A DNA stretch of 57,203 nucleotides, counting the filler, from Sphacelaria rigidula (taxonomy: Eukaryota): NCBI GenBank assembly GCA_964200075.2. It is 3 parts of 3 records of this genome, joined end to end, with 100 filler letters (N's around TTAATTAATTAA, not from the genome) between each part and the next. Parts side by side here need not be neighbours in the genome. Positions count along the whole stretch, not along the records: positions 19,103 to 38,103 come from CAXNAA020000752.1; 2 more parts are not named here. The stretch is one strand, 5' to 3'. Made by a program: the position numbers and the translations under genes. Below, piece after piece: positions 23,701 through 36,696 of the stretch; the first letter of the stretch is position 1, and every line of letters begins with the position of its first letter. The notes beneath the pieces are model-generated. The model did no database searches, was not told the DNA's origin, and saw only the letters and a list, made by a program, of their open reading frames with translations.

Positions 23701-26700
23701 GTTATGCGCAGTAGTAGGGGTGCGGGCAACAGCCGCTGCAGAGATATGCGATCTCATGATGATGACGGTGAGGATGACTGGGATGATGGTGGGTATGAGG
23801 GAGACCTCGACGTCGAGGTGGGACGTGAAGACGCCGAGGGTTACGAGTTCGGGATCGATGATGATGACGAAGAATACGAATCGGAACATTTTCTGTCGGA
23901 TTATCATCACATCGAAGAATTAGGGTCTCGAGAAGAAGCGGTTTATTGTAGTGATGACGGTGAGGATGATGGCCATGGCGATGACGATGAATATCCCGAA
24001 GAGCTGTTGGAAGGACAAGAGCCTTCGAGCAAGGAGGCGATGTCCGGTGAAACATCTGATGGCGAACAGGAACAGCAGGGTGTTGGGGTTCGGCTTCGCC
24101 TCGAAAACGCCTTCCCTGGGAGATCAGTCGTTGCCACGGTTTCACTACGGACCAACTCACAAAGAGGCGGGACTGTACACGGGATTGTGTCCAGTGGTCC
24201 CCTTGTGCGGACAGAGCTTATGCGACGGGATTTGCCCGGGATCGGTTATGATCTGGTGAAGGATATTGGAGATGGGCAACATGGTGCTCCGGTCGAGGTG
24301 AGAGCAGTCTACCCTGTTCGCTTCCTGTGTTTGGTCGTATTGCTCGTACCCGCCGTTACATGTTGAATACATGCGAGAACATGCCGACATGGAGTTCGCG
24401 CTTGGCTTGCGCTGTGTTGCTACGTCGTCGTTTCTGTCCGGTCGGTCATGTGTGTTTTGACCGCTTTTTTTCATGCATTTGCCCGTAGAGTGGACTTCTT
24501 TCTACAAGCGGTGTTTGCGGCGGAAGTCTTTTGTGTGTGCTTCCTGCGAACAGGGACATTTTAGAATCAGCATGCAAGTAGTGTAGTTATATGCTTGAAA
24601 CCCTCTTTGTCTTGTTCTGTGTGTGGGTGCATGTGCTTTTTTGAGCGCGGACTTTTTTTCACCTGAAGCCATGCTGCAGAGGCCGGCCGTTCCCATTACA
24701 GCGTAACTCCGTCGTTTGGTTTATTGGTTGTTTTGGTTCTAAGTTTATTCTAGTTGTTTGGTGTCTCTTTTCCTGTTTCCCCCCACTTCCTAGTTTTCCT
24801 TAGCGACAGCGACAGTTTCCGTTTCATTTCCGTTGGGGACATCTATCTCGTGATCGCTGCTGGCTCCATCGGGTATCAGTAACTGTGCTGTAGTCACCGT
24901 AGTGTAGTGTCTTGTACTGTATGGGTGAGAATGAGGGTCAATTTTTGGGTAATGTATTTCGGGAAAGTGCGCGTCGATATCTGTCTACCAAGAACATGTA
25001 ATCTCAGCGAGCCAATCAGTGTCAATCACAGGTACACGCATCGCCTCGAAGAAATGACCTGGCCCATATAAGATGTACTAAAAAATAGTGCATTTCTATG
25101 ACAAGCTTAAGACTGACATTGCTGTAAATGTGTACCCAGAGGCACAAGAAGAGGAGGATTGAAGCTGCTGCTCCTCTTGCTGTCGTGCCTCTGTTATTGC
25201 ACTAGGGTACTGCTGCTGTTTTGTTGCTGTACACTCGAGAAGCATGCGCCCGCGAGCCACTACACCACGTTCACCGCCCTTGTGACCGTCACGAGCCACT
25301 AGTACAAGCGGCAGCGCTAGTAGTGGCCGCCACACACCACAGCAGCAGCAGGAAACGTTTCCCTGGTGTACTGCGATTACCGCCGAGATGCTGCTGGTCC
25401 CAAACCCGAAAGTATCAATCTTCCAACGCGGATTTCTCCGCAACCAAGCAGAGGATTGGACTGCGATTCCTTGCGTGCCCTTGCCACACACTCAAGCTAG
25501 AACCACAAAATAGACTTCCTTGACGCGTTGCACAAACGTTGCACCAAACAAGATGTACTCAAACAGGCTGCTCCTTGCTGTTTTGTTTTGTTCCGACCCG
25601 CTGTGGCGATCTGAGCCGATATATTTCATCATCCCCTAGCTCTTGTGTGTGTGCGGGGGGGCGTGAAGTACTACAGGCCGGCTTGATTCTTGTACCGAGA
25701 AATACGCGAAAAAAGTGCTACATTTGCGTACTAGAACCAAGTTAATTAGGGACGGAGCCTATACCCTCTTGGGAACAGCTATAAGAGCCGATGCCGTGTT
25801 CATTATTCGTCCGCGTTCTTTTTTTAATTCTTCCATGTTTTTTGGTCGTTGCGTAAGTCTCGCCGCGCGCGGGTGATCTAACTCAGTCAAGAATAGCCGG
25901 GCAGGGCGGGAACGTTGTGGATTGGAATCCCGCGGCTTTCTCTGTATCAGCAGAAAATAGTTTCTGTCGTTGAAGCTTGAAAACGCGAGTTGTCAAGAAC
26001 AGCAAGATTTCGAGGTTGTGTTCTGGCGGGTATATCGCCTGGAATTAGGGTGTTTCCAGGAGTATACACGAGATATTTTACCGGTTAATGTCCTGCCGTA
26101 CTACACGGAAATGTTCGACACATATTCCAGTATGGTTTAGTATGCGAACCAAAAATCCCCCACTTCCGGGTATACCCCTGCACAGCAAAACGTTGGAGAC
26201 TCGACACTTCCGGGTGTATCTCTACACAACATAACGTTGAAGATTCGACGAGAGTTCCATGACGCGGTGCGGAAGTATGCTGGTCCAACGGACGTTATCA
26301 TGATGTAGGGCAAATGCGAGAGACGGATTGCTCCTCTCGAGACTAGAAAGTCGTTCCGAGGAACGAGAGAGGTTGAACATATAACGAACACATCACGGTT
26401 CAGACGAATCATCCCCGGTTCGAATCACCAAATCCACGATTTTTCAGGCCTGATTACTCAACAAGGAGAAAGAAAGTTTACCGGTGGTCAAAGAGGTCTC
26501 GATACGTTTTTACGCCATTCCACGTGCCTGGGCTGCGCATACCTGGGTTGCAACGCTGAAAACAAGGCCTAAGGATTGACTCGTACCGCACGAATCAATC
26601 ACACTAAAATTAAGTAATCTTCAGACGAATCATTAATTCGTCCGACCCGTGGAACACTTGTAGAACACGCAATGGAACATGTTTGGAGAGAGTAGATGTC

Positions 26701-29700
26701 ACTGGGTCCATCGTATGGATGTTAGATCGACTCCCCCCCCTCCTCTCACTGCTCCCTTCACGGCGGCTTCCCACCGATGAGCTTGTGCAGCTACAAGAAA
26801 ACAGTGAAGGCATGTGTCTGCTGTGTTTTCAGTACAGTACCACGATGATATGTTCATTTTTCAAATCTCCAAACCTCGTTTGCTTTCCCGAAAAAAGTCA
26901 TACTTGACGTCTACCAAAATTTTCGCCATTTTCTGATTTCTCTTTTTTGTTTCTTTTTTATTTCGTTTTACTTCTTGCTTTTTCTTTTTTCTTTTTTCAT
27001 TTTTTCTCTTGTCAACCGCCTGCGCGTGTGCTTCGTGTTTGGTGAATCAGGTTGGTCGTGTGATATATAACGCTTCCCTCCACTGTCACAACGCCTGGCG
27101 TTGCTTGTCGGAGAGAGCGGGGCGACTCGGCCTTGAGGGTGGACACAGTAACTCAGTGGGCGGATGGCACGGGGCTGCTGGTGACGGCGAGGATGATGAG
27201 GATGAGGATGATGACAGCTTGGAGTGTGAGAAAGACGTGTTTGACCTTCTACCGAGGTGAGTTATTGCTCTCGTTTGAGCACCGCCGCAGAATCGTAACG
27301 ATGGCCGTATGCGATCGCCTTGTCGAGACTAAAGGTGAGCTCTCTCGAGGATGCGGCGGTCTGGTAGTTAAACAAGCGAAGACATTGTGGAACGGGGTAC
27401 CTTCCTTCTCCGTTTAGGATCTGCGACTTGTCAACCCATTGCAGACGTCGGTTGGTTGTTGCTTATACCGTAAGGTTTGCACGGTGTACAGCTGATGCCT
27501 CGTATAACCCCCCCCCCCCGTTCCCCTCCCGGTGATACATTTCCAGGGGTCTACACGATACACGTTACGTTCACGTTACGTTTTGGCCGAAACGTGAGGT
27601 GAACACTATTTTTTTTTCACGTGCCAAACGAAACGTAACGTGAACGTTAAATTGTCCAAACGTTCAAAGCACGTAATATGAAACGTTTCATGGAACGTGT
27701 AGCGTCAATTATATATTACACGTGCATTATGTTTCACGTTATATAAAACATCATCAGCACGTTACATGAAGCGGTGCACACTACAAGTTGCAATTAATTT
27801 TGGAATCCTAGAAGACAAGGTAACTACTATACAGTGGTACAAGTACAGACCGTGTATTTTGCTAATAGTGCGAGGTTACAAGTACAGGTTGTAGTTTGCA
27901 AATGCAGTACAAGTGCGGGTTGTACTCGTAACCTTGCACTACTCTATTTTCGACTACATGCTGTACTCTGCAAGCACAGTAGTTCAAGGTTGCAAGTACA
28001 GGCTGTAACCTGCAAGCACAGTTGTGCAAGATTACAAGTACAGGCCATACTCGCGAACACAGTCGAGGTGGTTGCTGTACTTCGCAAATACAACAGACAG
28101 TAGTGGTGCAAGATACAAACACCCTGTACTTTGCACACACAGTGACACGAGGTAGTCAATTATTTGTTCGCGACAATGGGAGGCAGCCTCGCATTTGGCA
28201 GCGGTGATGTCGGCAATATCTCACGTTCTACACAGTCTTCACTGTAAGGTTCCGGACTACATGCAGATGTACGTGCATGGTAGTGCATGCAGATGTAGAG
28301 GATATTACTTCTACGGGCACTACGGTACACGTGCAGGCTCTACTTCGTTTGCAAATATTCGTAACCGTCTCAGATTTGAAAAAGGTGGGCTCCCAATGAA
28401 AAAAACGACGCAAGATCGGCCATAATGGAAGATGTGAGTGGGTTTTTATTTCTCCCCACAGGGGGGGATATAATTTTTGCGCTAGATGAATGCATTGATT
28501 GCCTGGATATATGCATACATACGTACGCCCGCCTGTGACGGCCGTCATAGCGCATCTTACTTGTCCATGTATACATGTATACATACATAGAACCAAGGGT
28601 ACCTGATGTGGTTTTGTCTGCGAAATGCCAGGGCGACTCAAGCCGGCGTTCAATCATGTTCATGATATATTGTGTGTACATCATGTTTTGTCTTGCGAAT
28701 GACCAAGCATTTGAAAATTGAAATCTGAAAACAAAAGGATGAAAGGAAAAGGGGAGATATGCAAATATTACGGTCAAAAACGAATGAACGATACACTGTA
28801 GAGGAAATCACGTCACACAATCAGATAATGCGCCTACGCTCAAACATGCGACGGGTCACTTGGTTTTCTCGTTCGTGGGGGATTGCAATGAAGTGAAGAT
28901 TTCGTATTGGGACTGTTCCAATATATGCGTTACAGGACTAGATCGGACGGTCTCTTTCAGGCTCCAGCAGCGGAGTACCAAGCGCGCGTCTGAACACCCT
29001 ATTTGCTCCTCTGTCCTTGTACCACCGCTGCCGTGCTCTACAGACTCGTGGCACAGATCTACGAAGATCCAAGCACCAATCTTCAACCACCGCAACACCA
29101 CGGGGGCCTCTTTCACTCCACCGTAGCTGGCGCCGGCCGAACCGGTTCCACGTCATACTCCGGCGCGTGTTCCCCAGAAGACCGCCAATTTATCGCCGTC
29201 AACTCGGATGCACCACAAGCAGACCGGGGCGGCGGCGGCAACGGTAACAGCGCCGACTGCAGGGGCCGGTCCAGGCAATTCGGAACCGGGCGGGGTGGCG
29301 TGCACGCTGTCAACGGTTCGCCCGGATCGATACCGGGTGGGGGCGGCAGCGCAGGAGCGGCGTCTGGAGAAGGACCCGCCGCAATCATCGGGGAGAGAGC
29401 GGCCCGCGCGGCGAAGGAGCTGTGGTCGCTGTGGCCGGACATCGTGTTCAACGGAATTAATAGCTTCCAGGAGGAGGTGAGGGGGAGAACAGTATGTGTT
29501 TGGGTTTACGGCATTATTGCAGATTCGTTCGGCCTTTCAGCCCTACCCTTGAAGGATTTGCGTCGATCTTTGTATCCCACCAAATATGTCCAGTCAAAGC
29601 ATTTGCATCTGGGTCCAGGGGAGGATTCCTGGATTCTTTTCCGTAAGATATTCGTACATGAGACTGGTATCTTCGAGTTGGGTGGGTACGGTACGTATGT

Positions 29701-32700
29701 TCCGGTTGGCTCAGTCGGCCCAGTCGGCCTGCTTTATTTTCTTGTTGTGGCACCGGTTGTAGTATGTAGGCACCTCACTTCGCGGTGGAAGTGCGTGTGT
29801 AGCTTGCGCTGCTTCGGTTGTTATGGAGAGGGGCGGGGGGGCACGATAAAACGACCGTCACTGAAGTGTATAGTGGTTTAACTCTAGAATGTGATTGCTG
29901 TGTGACCGCCTGGGAGAATGCTGACTTTGAGCAGAGAGCTCAAACAATGCAACAGCTTGCCTGGGTTGTCTACGAATGAGTCGGCCCTCCTCCTCATTGT
30001 GGGGGAGGGGGAGGATTGCCTACCGCCGGTCGACCCCCGTGCAAATACAAGCAAGCGAAAGACCTGGCGCGCGCGAAGCATCGCAAAGCAACTGCAAAAT
30101 ATTACTCCCCCATTCTCTCCGTTTGTCAATGGCGTGTATCAGGTCAATGTGCGGACTAGCCTGGGACCATCAGACGCCCCGCTGTCCGTCATCGTATCGC
30201 TGGTTGTGCCCCGTCTTGTCTTCGGAGAAACGCACAGCGCTGACCCTGCCAGCATTGACGACGCTGATGAAGCCGTCGCCGCGGCCGCTGTTGCCTCCCT
30301 GGCGAAAAGAAAGCGGGCGTTGATAGGGTCCGGCGGTGACGGGATACCCCTCCGATTCCCAATCACGCAGGTCGGCCAGACTCAGGAGATGTTCATCGAG
30401 GTGTGCAACCCGGCCGACGTTCCGGTATCTCTGCAGCTCGCCGCCGCGGAGAGCGAATCCATCGTGTGGACCCCGCCGACGGGCAACTCGGAGCCAGGTT
30501 TCACGGACAGGGAGACATCGGCGCATACGTCAGCGTCGTCGCATGAGCATTCTGATGTTACTCTAGCCATGTCGCCGACGGCTGGCGGCGGTGGCGGTAG
30601 CATGAGGTCCGGTCGAGAGGGTGGCCTAGCAGCGTTTCACGTCCGAGTGAACGCTCTCGCACCCGTGGTGTTGGAACCGGGCGGGTCGACCATCATCGGT
30701 CCGGTCCGGTTCGCACCCGCCAGGGCCGGGCTGTTCTCCGCCCACGTTTACCTTCGGAACAATCTAACCCACCTGGAGCCTGTTTGTCTCGAGGGTGAAG
30801 CGGACACCGGACTGCTGTCGGTTCGACCCTGGGCGGAAAGTGGGGCGCGCGAAGGCCGAAAGGTGTCTGTGGGACAAGGAGTGGAAGCTGGAGCTGGAGC
30901 GGGCGCTGGAACTGGAACTGGGGGTGTGCCGAGGGCCCTGTTTGGGTTCAAGAAGGCGCAGGTTCGCACGAAACACGGTCAAAAATGGAAGAGCGGGGAC
31001 GTGTTCAACGTTGTCATGGAAGAAGAAGTCTCTCACTTCGCCGTGGATTTTCGATCGTGGGCGCGTTCACCCCCGACCACCGAGCCTGTCATTAAGAAGT
31101 GGGTGCTTTCCAACGACGGAAAAATGCCACTGACAGTGAGTCTTGTAGGCATCAGGAAAATACAAGGCTGGAACGCCGCCGCCGCCGCAGGCGGCAGTGG
31201 TTCTGCCGGTGGCGGCCTCTTGGGCGGGGCCTACGCGCGAGGTGTATTCGGGGCCACAGCCGGCTGGTTCTGGCGATTGCTTTTCGGCGATGTTTCTGGA
31301 CTTGGCACGGCGTCGGCGGCTTGGGGTGAAGGCTCCGTCACGTTCGCTGGATCGATTGCCCTTTGCGCCGAAGGCGGTTTTACAGTCATGGGAAGTCGGT
31401 GCGAAGATGGAGGTGGTCGCTGGCAGGCGCAAACGTTGCAACCGGGGGAAGAGGTGCAGGTAGCGGTAGCGTACGCCGCCACACACTGTGATCCCGTCGG
31501 GCGCGTCCTCGATATTGCCTCCTCGGCCGGAAATGTGTCGATCATGATGCTAGCGGCGGCTTCAGGCGGCCCCTCCGCGGCGGCGGCATGCAAGAGTGCC
31601 AGACGAGCGGCGGGGTCAGCGACGGCGAAGGCGAGAGGCGCGAAAGGCTGGAGGACTGTCGACGGCCGGGACAAATCATTCGGCGGCGGTGGCGACCGCG
31701 ACAGGAACTGGGAGCGCGAGAGCCGGTGGGGACGTGCTTGGCTTCTTGTTAAGATCGTGCTGCTCGTCGGAGCGGTCTACGTGGGAATCGCAGCCCTCGG
31801 AGCCGGGAACGAGCTGCCAAGGGTGCCCGCGTGGGCGAAGCGACTCCAGGCTTGTGTCGGCGGGGCTTTCTCATCGCGCGGCGAGTGCGGACGGTTTGGG
31901 GTGTCGGTGGAGGTCAGCGCCGCGGCGTCGGTGGTTGTGTCTTCCACGGCCGCAGAAACCCCCTCATCAGCTTCGTCATCTTGCAGTAGTCCTCGTTCTC
32001 CGAGAGCGTTGAAGTTTGATGGTGACTGCGGCGATGAAAACCGTGGACACATTTCTTCGAACCATAACATCGGCGGAGTAACCCAGAAGGGATCCAAGGC
32101 GGGGGCCAAAGGCAGCAGCCAGCAGGGAAAAGGGAAAAAGCGCGGCGGGGACAATAGTGGGGGCGGTGGAGGTCGCGGTGGTCGGCGCGTCACTTCGACG
32201 CACACCACGGAGGTGTCACCGGGTACGATGGCTAAACACGGAGCAACCGTTGCGGCGGGTGTTTCGATTGCAAATGACTCACGAGCGGCGACCGCAGGCC
32301 TTGTTGAAAAGCCGTCTTCAAAGGCCGATGCTGCAGCAACAAACGGCGCCAAAGAGAGCGACGGGCACATGGCGCGGCAGTCCATACTGCCCTCCGGGCT
32401 AACCGACATGTTGACTTCTCCTCAACATGCCAGTAAGCCCGTCAGCACTCACCAGCGCCATGTCTCCCCCAAGGATCGCACAAGATCGAATGGTACCAAA
32501 CAGCAACCAAACCCACCAACCACTGGGCGGGGGTCGGTCTCCCAGTCGCAGACTCGTGCAGCCTCTTCGAACGGCAATAAATGTGTGGTATCCTCGCCAT
32601 CACAGCTGACCTCTTCGCGCCCCAACCAACGACCCACGACCGCTACGTCGACGGCGGAGGCTGCGAAGGGGGGAGAGGTGGGAGCGGCGGCACGCAACTC

Positions 32701-34669
32701 TACGGGGCTCCGACCGGAAGGGACAGCATTCGTTGGGTATTCTCAGAGAAACAACGGAAAGGTGCAACGTGGACCGCCTCCCGTCCACGCACCCGGTGGT
32801 GGGATTGCGTACAGCGGAAGAGCCAACGCCAACGGCATGCACGGGAGCTCACGTGGAGTACCGTCCCAGGGTAATCAGCAGCACGGTCACCGCGCCGGAC
32901 AGCAGGGGTACCACGGACATGGGCAGCCTCTTCGCGGTGGTGCGGCGGCAGCTGCAGCGGCAGCGGGGTCCGTTGCCGGTGGCAGCACTGCGCCTCGCGA
33001 TCGTGGCATATCTCGCTCCTCTTCAAGCTCCTCTTCGTTGGTCGACTCCCCCAGTCCTCCTGCGCTGGCATCGCCGGCTGCATCGATGATCGAGGCTCTG
33101 GACGGTGGGGGCGGGGGTGGGGGCGGGCGCCAAAACAACATGCAACAGTACCACAAGGTCTCTGGCGGCCGTCGAAGCTTGGACCAGCATCAGCAGCAGC
33201 ACTATCACAACGGGCACGGCAGCGGTTACGCGTCTGCATCGGGTCATGGCCAAGGTATGCGCGGCGATTTCCGTCTTGGCGGTGAACAAACCGCTACTGC
33301 ATCATCTGCGAGCCACGTTGGACGAACAGGCTCGATGTTTTCCCGGTGGGGACAACCCGAACCTGCAACGCCGTCGGGGGCTCTATCCTTCTCCTCTTTC
33401 TTGCCCGCCGCGGCGGACGTAGGAGCCGGCGGTGCTTCCCGCGTTCAGCATCCGCTCGAGCGCCCGACCAGCGGCTGGCTCGCGGAGAACAGCCATTCTA
33501 TTGCTCGCGGTGTATCCGAGCTCTCCGCCATTCCGGCGTCCGGCGGCGGAGGCAGCGGCACTCCATCCCCCATAATCTCGCAAGCCTCCCCTCCATTCGG
33601 ACCAATCGGTAGCAACCGTGTCAGGCTATCTTCCGGCACTGGCGGCAGCCCTCGGCTCGCGCAGCACCCACCATCCCCCGCCTTGGCGCCGCTGGGCGTC
33701 CCCATTGGCCCGAGCCGACGGCCGCCGCCGGGTCTATCCGTCCCTCCAGGACTTCGTGCCGCCAGCGGCGGCTTGCCATTCAGCAACAATGCCGCGGTCG
33801 GACTCGTGACTACGCAGGAGTCAGAGTGGAGCGAGAATTTGGACACATTTGTAACGGCGTCGGCGGTCGCGGCGGGTGTTCTCGGCGCCGACGAAGACAC
33901 AGGGACAACCACCGGGAGTGGGAGTACTGGAGACTGGGGGTATAAACCTGCGCCGAAGCTGGTGTCCGACGATCCGCAGCATCCGCTCACGCAACAGCAC
34001 CACCGACACGACAGGGCATTATCGGCGCCAGCCGCTCCGTGCCCTACGTCGCCGGCGTTTCCCTCATCCGACAATGCACCGGTGTTCGACTCCAGTCCTT
34101 TCCTTGCTCATGGGGACGGCATGTTCGACGAAAACAGCAGACGGTCTGGCTCGGGCGCCATTACGGTAGTCGGCGGGTCGAGGCTTGGAGGTAACGGAGT
34201 AGACCGCCTTTCCACTGGCTCTGGTGTCTCGAACAACCGCATCACGGGCGCATACAACGGTTGCCCAACTGAACAGCAACATCGCCAAAAGTACCTGCAG
34301 TCGGGCCGCGCTCCGTCGGCCATCGTCGGCGGGGCTGTTCCCCCTGGAATGTTCACAGCCGCCGGTACCCGCGGTAAAGGCGGTGGGTCTCGGCTCGGGT
34401 ACTACTTGTCCAGCGGCGCCGGTGACCCTAGCGGGAGCTGGTGTGGCAACGGTGAGGGTATGGGAGCATTGGGGGGCGGTCGGGGACACACCGAGGGCGC
34501 TGAGTTCCTCGGGGTTGGGGAAGACGCCATGCCGGCAGAGCCGCCTGTATTTCTCGCCGGGTCGAGTTTTTCTTCTTTGGACTCTTCGGGTGGTGGCGGC
34601 GGGGGGGTTGTAGGGAATGGCCAAAACGGTGGTGATTTCTTCGGGTTCATGGGGGATGACGATAAATAA
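20761..34669 (+). CDS. TMEM131: TMEM131-like transmembrane protein (PapD/ASH-like Ig repeats, TM helix, long low-complexity tail), spliced, 5' end unresolved
   Basis: Exons about 20761-21106, ~21686/21694-22245, 23551-24297, 27051-27256, 29044-29476 and 30143-34669 (TAA); phases are consistent from 22245 onward. Motifs IVDLGVIRTGATARRRFNVTNLNPVEV, LRFPITQVGQTQEMFIEVCNPADVPVSLQL, GPVRFAP...VYLRNNLTHLEPVCLEG, KWVLSNDGKMPLTV and CAEGGFTV...TLQPGEEVQVAVAY resemble TMEM131. Hydrophobic segment AWLLVKIVLLVGAVYVGIAAL at ~31735-31800. Confidence 0.82.
22301..22745. mobile_element. Putative hAT-like non-autonomous element in a TMEM131 intron
   Basis: Termini TAGGGTA...TACCCTG; interior rich in short TACTC/GAGTAC/CCGG motifs. 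No TSD seen. Confidence 0.35.
23162..23278. mobile_element. piggyBac-like ~115-bp MITE, copy 1
   Basis: TTAA|CCCTTGGACCGC ... GCCTTCCAAGGG|TTGA; homologous to 38483-38591. Confidence 0.55.
27555..28140. repeat. ACGT-rich inverted stretch followed by a degenerate ~42-bp minisatellite
   Basis: CGTTCACGTTACGTTT (~27568) is inverted by AAACGTAACGTGAACG (~27631). Units like CTGCAAGCACAGTAGTTCAAGGTTGCAAGTACAGGCTGTAAC repeat over ~27830-28070. Confidence 0.5.
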
Positions 34670-36696
34670 CGAGGTCGACAAAAGTGGATGGATCTGTAGG
34701 AAGCTGTGCATTTAATGTTGTATTTTTTTCACTTGTATGATGGAAAGCGGGAGATGTGAGGTGGGGGGGCTATTGCTCGGGAGGCGTACATACATTGCGG
34801 TTGTGGCGTGTATGGAGTATGACGTGCGATCGTGCCTATGGCACACGGTTTCAGAGCAGCAGTCTGGATTTTTGGGAGCGCGAACAGCTGTAGGGTCGCC
34901 CCACTTATTCCAATTTTATCAAGTTTCACCCATTGTCCTCTCTGTGTCCACTACTGGCTTGTAATTTGCAACCTTCCACCCCTCATCCATTCGATGGCCT
35001 TTTGAGCGTCTGCTTCGGAGTGGATAAGCGCATAGCAACGATTCTTTTCGCGTAGCATGACGATTCGAGAGACGCTGACCATTTGTATCATTAGCGCCGA
35101 GCGTGCTATGTAATTTTTGCGAAAAGGGATATTATGATTTTGGTTGTTTGTTTTCCTGGGTGTATGGCACTCTTTAGAACTGTGTATCTGTCTGTCGCTG
35201 GGCCGGAAAGATACGGGTAGTATTTGAGACCGTATTCTTCCGATTCCGATTGTGTGTCTGGGTATTCTATGTGAGGGTAAGAGCCCTGTGCTGTACTGTG
35301 CTGTACTGTGCGTGTTTTTTTTTTCTCGTTGATTTATTTCGGCCGTATCTGTGATGTCATGTCTGTGCTGTAGCTTCGCCATAGGCGCGTGTAGATGTGA
35401 GGTGTATTTCGTCAAGAGAGCTGAGCTGCGTGTTTGCTTTTCTCCTCGTGGCCGTCAGGAGAGGTGTACAACAGACAGTGGGGTACAAAGTTATGGATTT
35501 TACAAGGGGTAGGATGTTCCGTTTTGTGTCGTTGTCGTTTGGTTGCTTGGGGCGCCAAGAAGCAGTGGGTCCTGATGTTGATGCCACTTGTAGACTTGGC
35601 AGACGAGAGCGACTCATCGACACTGTGCTTGGTTGAACTGCGCCTGTTGACGTTTTCGTGTGCGGTTGAACTGTCGTCGCATGGGTGTAATATTCCGGCG
35701 TGGACAGTGATGAGCTGGCTCCACACAACTCGAGGTCTCGAGCAAAAATAGCACCCATCGTATATGTTATACCAAAACGAGGCTGATTCGTGTTCCATAT
35801 GTATCGTTTCCTGACCTTTCTGGAGCCAAACGTGATGGATGATGTTAGCATGCTGTGCGGGGTGGGTTCAACCCCTTGAGCGCCAAATAGCGCAGATGGA
35901 CCGTTGGTGAGCCAAAGATGTCAAAAGCAGCAGGTTTGGGTAAAACGGCATATATGAGACAGGGGTTCGGGACAACAGGACAAGCGGTATATTGTCATGA
36001 AGGGTGGTACTTGAACCAAATGGATCTGCTCACCCATAGCGTGGAGTTTACTGGCGTTGAACCTTCACCGTCGGTATTTGTTCGGAAAGGAGGTCTGGGG
36101 CCCAAGAGGTTGGCGTTATTTTGGTTTTCATGTACGTTATACGTTTTTCGAGTCCATTGGCTAGATCGATGGAATTAGGCGGCCTGACACGGCGGAAGTA
36201 CTCCTCTTATCGCTTCCCGTGATCATTGACGTTCCAACACATGTATGTATCAACGATGTATCTACAGCCAACATGTTCTGTATCGGGTCGGTCTGAGTTT
36301 CGGTGTCTGAACTGCTGAGATGCGTGCTGCCCGCTGCTCTCCCTTCGGCTTACACACCGTTTCCTCAAAACACAAGGTCGCTTTGTACGAGCAGTAATGG
36401 AAAATTGATGGTATGAACGCGGCTCGATATACTGACAGCACGACAACAAATACAGGAACCCCTTCACGTTCGACTCTACAGGATTTTCTCCCTAGAGATA
36501 CATCCCACTTGACGTTGCAGAAACGGCTGTTTTATGACGATGTTTGGGCAACCTGTTTTCAACTGACTACATACTACACTGATTTCTTGAGATTTGAGAG
36601 GAGAGGGTACGATTGAGAGTGAGAGGCGGTCAAATAATGCATGAATAGTCTCAGTTCGGAAATACCCCTCCATGGGTCCCGATAGTTTCTGTAGTG

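Noticed and set aside
29918..30142. N-terminus of the 1583-aa ORF as a real start
   Set aside because: Better explained as intron read-through upstream of the CAG|GTC acceptor at 30142, in phase with the donor at 29476.
29976..34711. Many overlapping and antisense ORFs
   Set aside because: By-products of the GC-rich TMEM131 terminal exon.
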